DNA of 64,000 bases from NCBI GenBank assembly GCA_047967505.1, contig CM106538.1; one strand, given 5' to 3'. Positions within the stretch are counted from its first letter, which is position 1; each line of letters starts with the position of its first letter. Under the pieces are notes generated by a model. The model was not told the origin of the DNA and did not search any database. It worked only from the letters and a program-made list of their open reading frames with translations. Shown here in pieces: positions 38,601-51,606 of this stretch. Source of the stretch: Dipteris shenzhenensis (Eukaryota). Position numbers and translations under genes: made by a program.

Positions 38601-41600
38601 ACAGATGACGTGCATCTTGCGTTTTGCTACTCCATTTTGCTGTGATGTATGTGGTGGGGGTTTCTGCCTCTTGATCCCGTGACTTTTGCAATAACTTTCG
38701 AATTCAGTCGATGTGAACTCTCCACCTCTATTTGATCTCAGCTTCTTCACCTTTCTCGCCAATTCTTTCTCGACCATTACATGCCATTCCTTGAACATAC
38801 TGAAAGCCTCGTCTTTCGTCTTCAGGAAGTATATCCATATCCTTCTATTGTAGTCATCGATCAGAATCATGAAGTAGAAGGAACCACCCAAAGCTTCCAT
38901 CTCCATATTTTCGCAGAGGTCCATGTGAATGAGCTCTAGAGGAGCCTTTGCCCTGCTGGCCTCTTTAGGAAAGGGTTGCTGATGCTGCTTGCCCGTCATG
39001 CAAGCTTCATATACATCGGGCAGATCTAAAATTTCTGGTAGGTCTACAATCATTCCACTTTTATGCATGTCCTTCAAAGAACTAAGGTTTAGATGACCAA
39101 ACTTCTCATGCCATAGCTTGGTGTTCTTCACATCTGCTCGAGCACTGAAAACTGAGAGTTTGTAAATTTTGTTGCACCGTGTACCTTTACCAATGACCTT
39201 CCCTTGAAGATTAAGGATCTGTGCACCATTCTTATCGAATTAAAAACTTTGAGGTCCCGATCCATGATCGCAGAAATGGACAACAAGTTCCTTTTGATAT
39301 CTGGCACATAAAGAACATCGGACAACAGTTTTACAACTCCATTGACTTGAGAGCAATCATACCTTTTCCTTTTGTTGGACATTTTGCATCATTGTCGACT
39401 GCTACCATGATGTCATTTCCTACTGGCTATAGAGAGGTATACCAATCCTTCCAACTGGTCATGTGGCGCGATGCACCACTCTCAATGATCCAAGGTTCAT
39501 CTGCAGGTACATGAACTGCCTCCCTGCAAATCTCCTCAATTGCTACAAATAGCTCTATTGGTACTGCTTGCGCATTGTTGCTGGACTCTTTCTTGTCTCC
39601 ATTCTTCTCATCTGCAATCTTCTTTTGGCACTCATTCTGCTTTTGCCCTACCTTGTTGCAATAAAAGCACTTGATCTTCTTCTTTCTCTTTTTATCATAA
39701 GAAGAAGATGGGCTACCAGAGTCCTTACCCTTACCTTTCTTTGATCTGGTCCAGAAAGCCGAATCTTCTCTAGTCCTCATCTTTTGACACATCTCCTCCT
39801 CTAGAAGCATCGTGCTGAAATCCTCAAAGTTGAGGGGCGGATTTCTATTCTGCATATTCAGCGCCGTAACAAGACCGTCATACTGTGGTGGGAGAATCCG
39901 TATGCACCTTCGTGCTAGATTCTCGCTGGTGATGGTGATGCTAATCGCAGTCATCTGATCGCATAGATTCTTCACCCTGGTGATGAACTTCTCTGCCACT
40001 TCAGACTCGAACAATTTTTCATTCGCGAGTTGAGTCTCCAGATTGTGAATCTGCATCTGATTTGTGGTCTCGTACTGATTTTTCAAGACCGTCCATGCCT
40101 CCTCCGCTATGGTGACATGTTGAATTAATTCCATGACGGAATCACTAACACTACAGACAATAAAACACAGTGCATCTGTTTTTCTTCTTGTTCACGCAGT
40201 TGGTACTATCTATTGTCCTACATTGGTTGGATTCGGTCTCGGAACCAGCCTCACGTCCACCCCAGTAGCAGTGTCCCAAATCTCATATGCGCTTAGGATG
40301 GTGTTTATCTGCAGTTGGTACTATCTCATCTGCAGTTGGTACTATCTATTGTCCTACATTGGTTGGATTCGGTCTCGGAACCAGCCTCACGTCCACCCCA
40401 GTAGCAGTGTCCCAAAGCTCATATGCGCTTAGGATGGTGTTCATCTTGAATTTCCAGAGAGGATAGTTAGAGCCGTCCAACTTTCCACTTTCGTCGAACG
40501 GTGGGATTCATAGTCTTGTGGGATGGGCCATCTCTCACAATCTGCTCACAAACAGAAACACACTACCAAATCTTCTTGCTAGAGTCCAGGCTCTGATACC
40601 AGGTAAGAAAATAATACAATGTCTATGCTCAACAGATAACAGGATCTCGTATGCAAGAGAGAAAACAAGATAGTATGGAGAATCAAAAATTTAATTACTG
40701 TAGAGCTGATACAATAGATGGCGCTGCCTCCCAACCGTGCGCTCCTATGAAAGAAGCTTTGATGGCATGCCAGAAATAGTAGAAGATGGAGGCTGGATGC
40801 TAAGGAATCAAGGTTGCTGTAGCCAGTGATAAAATGGGCTTCACGGGTTTGCTCTTATATAACCACCAGTCGTAGTTAGTTAGGCTCAAGTGGGTGGCCC
40901 ACCCAGTCTTCCCAAAACGGTCAACTGGGGGTCGGTCCCAAAATAGGCCACCAACCATACGATAAAATCGGTGCGCAAAACAGAGCAACTAACTTACGGT
41001 CTCCATTCGGCCCACAGCCATCCGAGATCATCCAAGCTCGAAACGGGCCCCACAACTAGAGAGTGGGCTACCCCGGGAAATGCTCCATCCACCCTCAGTG
41101 CGGTCAATCAAGGGATGCATTCCCACACTTGCATGTAGCCTAGTTGGTGGTGTGCCAACTCTATCTGAAGCCGTGCAGCCATCAGGCCACACATGGCACC
41201 CATCTGGTGTCAAACTAGGACCTACCAGATAACCGAGCTACTCAAATGCCTTCTCCTCATATGGGGGCCTTACAAGTAGAGTTAGCTGGTTCCTGTGTAG
41301 TTACACGAGAGTGGAGACTTGATATCTAACACCCCCCCTCAATGTCCACCCGCAAGTGAACTTACTTTTTCGGTCCAATGCCAAGTCGATGAAGATGCCT
41401 CTCTAGCAAGTCTCTTCCAAGAGCCTTCTTGGAAGATGTCCGCAGCATTCTCTGTAGTCAGACAATACACCAAGTCGACCTCTCCATCCATGACAAGCTC
41501 GCGTATAAAGTGATATTGAATCTCAATATGTTTTGTGCAAGCGTGGAACACCGGGTTCTTTGCAATCGCCATGCAACTCTGATTGTCACATGATAACTGT

Positions 41601-44600
41601 GTAGGCTTGTTTTCCACTGCACCCATGTCCCCCAAAATCCTCCTCAACCACACTGTCTCACAAGAAGCAAAGCATGTAGATTTGTACTCGACCTCGGTAG
41701 AAGAAAGAGCAACTGTGGGTTGCTTCTTGCTGACCCATGAAACAACTCCAGATCCAAGTGAGAGACAGTACCCTGTCATTGATCTCCTGCTGTCCACGTG
41801 TCCTGCCCAATCCGAGTCACAGAATCCTATCAAGATGTTGCCCTTGGTATAGGTGATGCCATAATCAAGTGTGCCTTTGATGTATTTCAGCACCCGCATC
41901 CCTGCCCTCCAATGGTTCTCTCGGGGCTTATTGGAAAACTTGCTTAGGACACCAGTCCCAAAACTGATGTCCGGCCGTGTGTTTCACAAGTAAATCAAGC
42001 TGCCCACAAGCCTTTTGTACTTCGCTTCATCCATATGGGTACCAACTATCTTGCACTCAGCCATGCCAAATGCCTTCAGTATCTCTCTAGCATACTTCAG
42101 CTATGAAATGAAGATCTGTTTCGGCGCCTGCCAAACTTCAATCCCCAAAAAAAAATGCATTAGTCCGAGGTCTGTCATTTCAAACTCTCTTCCTAGCAAA
42201 TGCTTCGTCTGTGAGATCTTCTCTTCATGGTTCCCTGCTATGACAAGGTCGTCCACATAAAGGACCACGATCATACACCTACCTCCTTCTCTATAGATAT
42301 GCAAATTTGCATTAGATGGGCTCCTCTTGAACCCGTTTTGTAGAAAGTAGGCATCAATTTGCTGGTACCACACTCGTGGGGCTTGTTTCAGCCCATAAAG
42401 TGCCTTCTTCAGTTTGCATACTTTACCTTTTGAACCGGGGATCTCAAAACGTGGTGGTTGTTCCACGTATACCTCCTCCTTGAGATCTCCATTCAAAAAG
42501 GCAGATTTCACATCCATCTGAAACACAGGCCAACTTCCTTGGGCAGCTAAATCCAAAACATTGCAAATTGTGGTTAGTTAAGCTGTGGGAGCAAAAGTAT
42601 CTTGATAATCAAAACCACATACCTGTACAACTCCTTTTGCCATGAGCCGAGCCTTGTACTTATCCAACGTGCCATCGGACTTGTACTTGGCCTTGTACAC
42701 CCACTTGCTTCTGATTACCTTGCATTTTGGTGGTCGATCCACAAGGTCCCAAGTGTTGTTCTTCATTATGGAGCCATATTCTGATTGCATAGCCTCCATC
42801 CACCTATCATCACCCTGTGTCTCTTCAAAACACTTGGGTTCATCAGCACGGATCACTTTTGTCATCAAAGCATAGTTGAACAAGTGTTCCTGTGCCCTTC
42901 TTTGCTCCTCTAATCTCTTGTACCGGCGGTGTTCGGATGGTTCCTCCTCAATGGCTGGAGGTCCTCTGCCATCTAAAAGCTGCTTTACCCACTTTGGGAA
43001 TGGCCGTTGCCATTGTGGTTCTTTAGGCTCTTCTTCATCTTCTTTGTCTTGAATCCTCCCAAGCACCGTTGGAGGAGTGCGGTCTGCTATTTGTGGTGGT
43101 ACGGGATGGATATCCTAGTCTTGGTTGTCTGGGAAGGAAGCGTCCTCCTCCAATTGAGGCGACTATTCTGAGAAGACCACATCGCGACTTACAATTATCT
43201 TCTTGGTAACAGGGTTATAGAGATGGTAACCCTTCGCCTCTTCACTATAGCCCAAGGAAATACACTTCCAGCTCTTTGGTTCCCATTTGGTCTTGGTAGC
43301 ATCAGGGACATGCACAAAACAGTCACATCCAAAAACTCTGAAATGTGCAGCTCAAGGTTTCTTACCTGAAAAGGCGTGTAGTGGAGTCATCCTATTCACA
43401 GCCTTCCTGTAGCTACGATTGAGAAGGTAAACTGTAGTGTTACATGCTTCAGCCTAGAAAGTCTTTGGCAAATCTTTCCCTTTCATCATACTCCGGCCCA
43501 TTTTGTAGATGACGTGCATCTTGCATTCTGCTACTCCATTTTGCTGTGATGTATGTGGCGGGGGTTTCTACCTCTTGATTCCGTGACTTTTACAGTAACT
43601 TTCGAATTCAGTCGATGTGAACTCTCCACCTCTGTCTGATCTCAGCTTCTTCACCTTCCTCCATGATTCTTTCTCGACCATTACATGCCATTCCTTGAAT
43701 CAAGTGAAAGCCTCGTCTTTCGTCTTCAGGAAGTATATCCATATCCTTCTAATGTAGTCATCGATCAGCGTCATGAAGTAGAAGGAACCACCCAAATCTT
43801 CCATCTCCATCTTTCCACAAAGGTCTGTGTGAACGAGCTCTAGAGGACCCTTTGCCCTGCTGGTCTCTTTAGGAAAGGGCTGCCGATGCTGCTTGCCCAT
43901 CATGCAAGCTTCACATACATCGGGTAGATCTGAAATTTCTGGTAGGTCTGCAATCATTCCACTTTTATGCATCTCCTTCAAAGAACTAAGGTTTAGATGA
44001 TCAACCTCTCATGCCACAGCTTAGTGTTCTTCACATTCGCTCAAGCACTGAAAGCTGAGAGTTCGTAAATGTTGTTGCACAGTGTTCCTTTACCAACGAC
44101 CTTTCCTTGAAGATCCAGGATCTGTGCACCATTGTTATCGAATTGAACTTTGAGGTCCTGATCCGTGATTGTAGAAACAAACAACAAGTTCCTCTTGATA
44201 TCTGGGACATAAAGAACATCGGACAACTGTTTTACAAATCCATCTGACTTGAGAGCAATCGTACCTTTTGCTTTTGCTGGACATTTTGCATCATTCATGA
44301 CTGCTACCAAGATATCATACTATCTGTTGTCCTGCACTGGCTAGATCCGGTCTTAGAACCAGCCTCAAGTCCACCCTAGTAGCAGTGTCCCAAAGCTCAT
44401 ATGCGCTTAGGATGGTCTTCGTCTTGAACTTCCAGAGAGGATAGTTAGAGCCGTCCAACTTTCCACTTTCGCCAAACGGTGGGATTCGCAGTCTTGTGGG
44501 CTGGGCCATCTCTCTTAATCTACTCACAAATAGAAACACACTACCAAATCTTGTTGCTAGAGTCCAAGCTCTGATACCATGTAAGAAAATAATACGTCTA

Positions 44601-45306
44601 TGCTCAACAGATAACAGGATTTCGTACGCAAGAGAGAAAACAAGATAGTATAGAGAATAAAAAATTTGATTACTGTAGAACTGATACAAGAGATGGCGCT
44701 GCCTCCCAACCATGCACTCGTGTGAAAGAAGCTTCGATGGCATGCCGGAGACAGTAGAAGACGGAGGCTAGATGCTAGGGAATCAGGGTTGTTGTAGCTA
44801 GTGATGAAATGGGCTTCACGGGCTTGCTATTATATAGCCACCACTCGTAGTCGGTTAGGCTCAATTGGATGGCCGACCCAGTCTGCCAAAAATGGTTGAC
44901 TAGGGGTCAGTCCCAAAATAGGCCACCGACCATACGATAGAACCGGTGTGCAAAACAGAGCAACTAACCTATGGTTACCGTTCGGCCCAGAGCCATCCGG
45001 GATCATCTGAGGCTCCAAATGGGCCCCAAAACCCGAGAGTGGTTACCCCGAGAAATGCTCCATCTACCCTCAGTGCGGTCAGTCAAGGGATGCCTTCCCA
45101 CACTTGCATGTAGCCTAGTTGGCGGTGTGCCAACTCTATCTGAAGCCGTCCAGCCATCAGGCCACACATGGCCCCCATCTGGTGTCAAACCAAGACTTAC
45201 TGGATAACTGAGGTAGTCAAATGCCTTCTCCTCATATGGGGGGCTTACAAGTAGAGTTAGCTAGTTCCCGCATAGTTACACGATAGTGGAGCATTGATAT
45301 TTGACA
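35658..45306 (-). mobile_element. Tandem Ty1/Copia (family A): LTR-internal-LTR-internal-LTR
   Basis: LTRs at 44580-45306, 40602-41331 and 35658-36393. A PBS follows the first two LTRs (44567-79, 40589-601) and a PPT precedes the last two (41332, 36394). There are two gag-pol relics. Outer flanks are ATTTT and ATTTC (near-TSD). Confidence 0.92.
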
Positions 45307-45354
45307 ATTTCAATGTGTATACCATTATATAAACTTCATTTGACATATGTTGGC

Positions 45355-45515
45355 TATCATACATTATGTATCTATCTTTTATCCTCTGCCTCCAACCCAT
45401 ACAACATCCACCCCATACATTATGTACCTATCTTTTACCCTGACACCCATACATTATGTGCTACCTATATTTTACTCCTCCACCTCCACCCCATACATTA
45501 TGTACCTATGTTTTA
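45355..45515 (+). repeat. Degenerate minisatellite with CATACATTATGT(A)CCTAT core
   Basis: The core occurs at ~45358, 45413, 45448 and 45492. Confidence 0.75.
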
Positions 45516-46479
45516 CTACTTCTATATACTCTAGTTCACATTTACCTCCATAACCTCTGTCACAATTCACCATCTTTGTTTCTAGCTACATCTCTATCTT
45601 CATCTTGGCCTTGACATTCACCTCAATGCTGTTCCTTCCTTTAGGGGCCCATCCCCTCCATGTTGCTTCCTGTTTCCTTGATTTGAGCTTCTTGATTGCA
45701 AGCTCGACCCTTCTTGGTCCTTTTTTGAAGGGGGCTAGTTCCTCCCTTCAGGCTCCTTTTCCTCATAGTTAGGCTCGAGCTTGGCCTTCTTCAATTTGAG
45801 CTCCTTGTCTTTTGCATTTTTGCCCAAATAGAAAATTGAGTTGGAGCATCTACTTTCTCATCATAGATAGCTATAGTAGGTAGGCACATTTGATCTATCC
45901 ATGACTTGGGCAATGGCAAATGACATTCTCTACATAGCAAACTTGCATGCATAAACACCCCAAAGAAAAGAATGTGCACAGGGTGGTAGCACACAGGCCA
46001 TTGGATCATGCAGTCATCTATGATGGGGATATGGCAGACCATGCATTTTGGACCCTACTACATAGTAGGATAGGCATCTGATTTAACTATTGCAGCTGTC
46101 AATACCACAATTTTACTCTATACATGATGAAGTTGCTTCTTGATTCCTTCTCCCTCATTCTAAGGTTGTGGATGTTCTCCTTCATCTCCTCCACTCTTTG
46201 CTCACTCTGTGCAACAGCTTCATCTGAATTCCTCAGTATCTATAGAAGCTACTTAAATTGCTAAAAAACATCAACATGGGTCGTTTCCAAGACTTCCACT
46301 CTTGACTCTAGCTTGGAACTCTCTCATGAGATGACAAACTTCTTTTCAAAGCTATCAAAAGCCATGGCAAGCTCGTGCACAACCCTATCGTAATCTTGTT
46401 GCAAGGTCTTGTAGCTTATTCTTTGAACTTCCAAAAATGTTTTGAAAAGACAACCCCCACCATGGCTGCTACAACAAGT

Positions 46480-46860
46480 TCCTTAGCTGCTGGACTTATG
46501 GGTCCAATAAAATCGATGCCCCATTTCTCAAAGGGCTGATCGGTTAAGATTTCGATTAAGGGCATCACATCCACTTTATGTGGTATTTGCACACGCTAGT
46601 AGGGGTCACACTACTTGATGAATTTGCCTGTCTCCAAAGAGAGTCGGCCACCAAAGGCCAACTTGGAGCACCTTACATGCTGTAATATCAGTGGCAAAAT
46701 GCCCTCTTGCAATTCTAGAGGGGGCTTCCTCAAGCACCTCTATGTATTCGTGCTTGCACACATATCTTTGCATGATGCCATTCTTGCCCACACGATATAG
46801 TTGGCCTGCAACAATTAGCTGATATGGTGTTGCGTCCTTAATGAGTTTCGCTTCATGATT
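46480..46860 (-). mobile_element. Ty3/Gypsy integrase fragment
   Basis: GQLYRVGKNGIMQRYV...GHFATDITACKVLQVGLWWPTLF followed by QPFEKWGIDFIGPI (zinc-binding region into the rve start). Confidence 0.75.
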
Positions 46861-47789
46861 TACTTTTAACACACTATTCAAAATTTTTGGACTTGTGTAA
46901 AGTCCAATTTGAGAAATGGACTAAAAAATAGTCCAAAAATTTTGAATATACTAGTAATGTTGTTTTTTGAACTAGATTTGCCAACTCAAAACAAAAGATT
47001 TAATGATTAAGTACTAAGATTATCAATGCATAACCAAATCTCTTACAAAGGTGGTCTACATAAACATCTTCATAACTTCACAAAAATCTCTTACAAAGTG
47101 GTCTACATAAACATCTTCATAACTTCTTGTGAATTGAGCTACTATCACCTAAGAACATCAATAGATGACCAATTCTCTTAGAAAGGTGGTGTAAATAAAC
47201 ACCTTTATGTATAAGTGGTGTGTACACACCTTTATGACCATTTCTTTTAGAAAGGTGGTGTACATAAAGCCCTTAGAAAGGTAGTGTAGATAAAACCTTT
47301 TATGTGTAAGTAGTGTACATATACACCACACTTGGTATTAAAAAACACCCTTAAGTATAAAATGGCCCTCATAAACAATCTTTATACACAATAATGAGAG
47401 CAAAGAAATAAAAAAAGTAGTAAACTTTTTATTAGATATTCGCTTTACATAGAAGTTCAAAACTTGTGATTACAAAGCCGTTAGCCATCATGTTACTCAG
47501 TACCAATGTCCTCAATGCCAGGCCCTTGACTACCAGGGTCCTAACTAATAGGCTGCTCTAAGACTGGAGTCTCAGTAGCAAGGTCCTCAATAAAGGTCTC
47601 CTACAAAAGAGGTCCCACTACAGAGGTACCTATGGATGGTGTAGAGACCAACATGTAAGCTCTCAATGGAATGAAGCTCCCACCCTTTGAGGTTCAATGT
47701 TCAAGCTCACTATTGTGTTCATGTGATTGATCTCCATTGCATCCATGCTCTCTTACACTATCGTGTTTTAGCATGCCCTTACCCTTGCA

Positions 47790-48090
47790 CTCCCTAACCT
47801 TGTACTCCCTCCTCCTCTCCCTCCTCCTCCATCTCCTCCTCCCTCCTCCTTCCTCCTCCTCCCTCTTCCTCCACCCTCTTCCTCCTCCCTCCTCCTCCCT
47901 CTTCCTCCACCCTCCTCCTACCTCCTCGCTCCTCACTCTTCCTCCACCCTCCTCCTCCACCCTCCTCCTTCTCCCTCCTCCTTCTCCCCCTCCTCCTCCT
48001 CCTCCCTCCTCCTCCCTTCTCCTCTTCCCTCCTCTCTCCTCCTCCACCCTCCTCCCTCTTCATCCTCCTTCCTTGTCCCTCCTCCTCAAC
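47790..48090 (+). repeat. Polypyrimidine (CCT/CCTC)-rich low-complexity tract
   Basis: About 300 bp of almost pure C/T on the plus strand. Confidence 0.95.
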
Positions 48091-49845
48091 CATTACCCCC
48101 CAAATCCATGGAGACTAGCTCTCCACTCCTCAACCTTGGACTCCTCCTAAACCCTGAAACCCCCTCTGAACCTTTGAACTCCGAAACCCCCTCTGAACCT
48201 TTGAACTCCCATGGAGGAGAGAGCCTCCATCAATCATTTTGATCAAGCCCTCTTTCTCACCCACGTATGCATGAGATCTGCTTTCCATGCTTTAGCCTAC
48301 ACCTCTCACCAAAATACAACCCAAGGACCTATGCTACAATGAGCAACGACACTCCTGTAGGTGACCAACACCCTCGGAACTTGAACTTGGGAGAAAGAGT
48401 GACACCAGCTAGACTTTGGGACACTTTATTGTGGAAGAGAAGAAATTCCTTGTATGCTTCACGACAAACACTACTGCACTTGAATCTACACACGGACAAA
48501 TCTCTGAGAGTTTTAAACACACCCAACCACTCCTTCTTGGACAGATCAATCTCTTTTAAGGTTTTTGGATCCATTCCCATCAAACTAAGTCGGTATTCAA
48601 CATGAAAAGCCTCCTTCGTAAGGCATAGCCTCCTTTGCTTTGGATACTCCAGTTTGGGAGATTTCCATTGACCTGAACACATAATAAAGGATGTGGAGAC
48701 AAGACATAGAGGAAAAACAAACTCATAGGTACAGAAAAAAGATGAACCAACAACAGTAGAAGAGGCTTGCATGTCGATTCTCCTCCTCTTTGGAGGGGTT
48801 TTGTCTTCTTCTTCTTATTATCTCCTATGCCTCCTTCCTCTTTTGTTTGGCAGTCTTCTTCGAAGCTGGAGCTAGAGGTGGCTCTGGATTCTCTTGCAAG
48901 AGAATCTTTCTCTTTTTTGTTGGCAGTCTTCTTCAGAGCTGGAGCTAGAGCTGGTGGCTATGGAGGTGGCTCTAGCTTCTCTCAAACCTATTTTCTCTTG
49001 CACTTCCTTTTCTCCCTGAAGTTGTGGATCCCATTCTCGCCACTCCTTCCCTTCCCAGCCATGATGATTAGGTTGTGCAAGCACATCGCCCATTACAAAA
49101 TTTGCACTTTTTGAGCTACTCACTAAGGCTCCCAATTGTCATTCAACTTCACTTGGATTCAGTTGAGAGCAAGGCCATGCCTTGTTATGATTATTCATAT
49201 AAACATTATTTTATAAAATAAAAATATCAAATGAATATGAATCATTCTCAAATGTGTATGCTTTCAACTCATGCTATCTTGTCATGCTAAAAAGCACAAA
49301 AAGCATAGCGGGTTAACATGCTTCCACCCAGACACTATTCCTCTATAGATCAACACAACTGGAATGGTGGCTGAATATGAATATTGGTCCTCCATAATCA
49401 CCTTGAACTTCACACAAAATGGTTACACGCAATCATGCATTTGCCCCTAGTTATAAAAGCAGATAATTGCAAATGACTGACCATTGTTATGCATGGTCAT
49501 TATTATTAACTAGCATATGTCAGTGGTAACGAGATTTTTTCCACATTTTCATCACATGTGACTTTAGAAAATGAAAAGAAACACTCAAACAAGTCTCAAT
49601 TAAAAATTGCTTGGATTGCATTTTCCTTTGATGGAATCAAAGGCGAACGTGCAACATAAGCGATTAGCTATTGTGGCTAGGTTAGGGGTTTCTTTTCATA
49701 TGCTAGGATTGGGAATTTAGACCACGAGGACTAGTAATATTGTGCACATATCTATTTCAACATATCACACGGAATGTATTAGAGTAGGTTACATAGATAC
49801 CCAACTAGAACCAGCACGATGGTTGTTATCACAACCATCAGGATA

Positions 49846-49892
49846 CTCTCTCTCTCTCTCTCTCTATGTGTGTGTGTGTGCACGCACGCGTG

Positions 49893-49942
<50 letters not shown>
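49846..49942 (+). repeat. Compound microsatellite (CT)n(GT)n
   Basis: Directly visible. Confidence 0.95.
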
Positions 49943-49945
<3 letters not shown>

Positions 49946-51606
49946 TTCTCCCCCAAATTTCACAATATGCAAATGAAAACTAACAAGCATAATGATTTGC
50001 AAGGAAAAATGATAGTAGTAGAGAGATCATTCACAGTATGAAAACTGACCTCTGCATTGCATCAAGAATGTATATGATGTGCTCCTCTTACTTCTTTCAT
50101 CCCCTCGAGAGTCTGCAAAAATCATTTTTGTTTGGAGAAACTCTAGTATTATTGTGCCTAGATAATGTCACTATATTGATGACTTTCTCACTTAGGATGT
50201 CTCTCCTTTTCTTGTGTTGAGTTGATGCCCTCAACTTCTCACATCGAGATGCATCGCCTCCACTTGATGGCCAATCGATGGAATCATGTTGGTCCTTTTA
50301 AGGGACCACATCTTTAAAGCTATGCAGCCATGCCATTTTGTGTTTGTTTAAGAGGAAAGAATATAGCTAATGTCACCCGCTTTGTAGCTAGCTAGTTTAA
50401 GCTACACGCCTCTTTCAAATTGCCAAGCCATCTCTCAAGTTAGAGAGTATCTTCGATGTGCAACTCCTAAGAGTGGGCTCTCAACGAATCCTCAGGCATA
50501 GGGCAAAGTTTTTGAGGACATGATCTTGGTAGTTCCTCAAATGACTTGATATCGTTGCCTCAAATGCTCCCACCAATTTTGAGACCACGGCTCATGTTCT
50601 TCCATATGATGGCACTACTCGAATGCGCCCACCAATTTTGAGACCACAACTCATGTTCGTCCTAGTGATGGAACTAGTTGAATGGGTGCATCTTCTGCCT
50701 TCAAGGCTATCTACTCAGGGAGGAGGCATTTTTCCTTGCATTTTCTCTCTCTCCACATTCTTTGCAAATGTGTCTTCCATTGTTGTTTGGATATTGTATC
50801 ATCGGTGTCCATGGCCTTCAACCTCCTCCTTCTTCCTTAACCTAGTATATCAACTTTCCTATCTCACAGCCTCTATCTAGTTCTCTTGCAACCCATGATG
50901 GTTCCTTACTTTAAATAAAGAAAGTGAACAAAGAAACAAGAAACCACTTATTTTGGACGAGCTATATTGTGAAAAGAAACCTCAAAGAAACAAGAACTCA
51001 CCTGAATCTTTGTGATAAGAGTCAAAACTTGTGCACATTTTAAGAGAGCCTAATGTGCACGAAGAGCCATGGTACAAATGCCCCTAAGGATCATGGATGG
51101 GAAGAAGCCAATACAAATAAATTGAGAAAAACAATTTTAAAAAAGAAGTGGAAAGGGACAGGTCACAGCAGATGCCAAACAAATCAGATTATTAGATGAG
51201 GACAACAGAGAATGTTCTACATAGATCACAGTGTACAGGCCTAGGGACTAACTCCCTTTAGTAATAATACCTATGAAACTTTTGAGTAAGATGAATTTAA
51301 CAATATCCCATGAGTAAAAAGTTGTCAGATTAGCATGATTGTGTTCTAAACTAAAAGAGCTTCAAATCTGCCTTTAATATTGAAATTTCAAATTGGGTAA
51401 AAAATGAAAAAGGTATATGATTTTGAAAGGACTTGGGTTTTTATAATTTAGTGTATTGTTTTTTTAAAAAACACCCATCTAAAAGAACCCCCCCCTTGGG
51501 TCTCACATATTTTGAAAAAAATGTACAAATCTTAAAATCTTTCATATTTTTTGAAGTATAAACTTTATGCTTTGTGGTAGGGAGGACTAGAGGTTTGTCA
51601 TATTTT

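Noticed and set aside
47694-48150. Pro/Leu/Ser-rich and Glu/Gly/Arg-rich ORFs
   Set aside because: Products of the CCT low-complexity tract.
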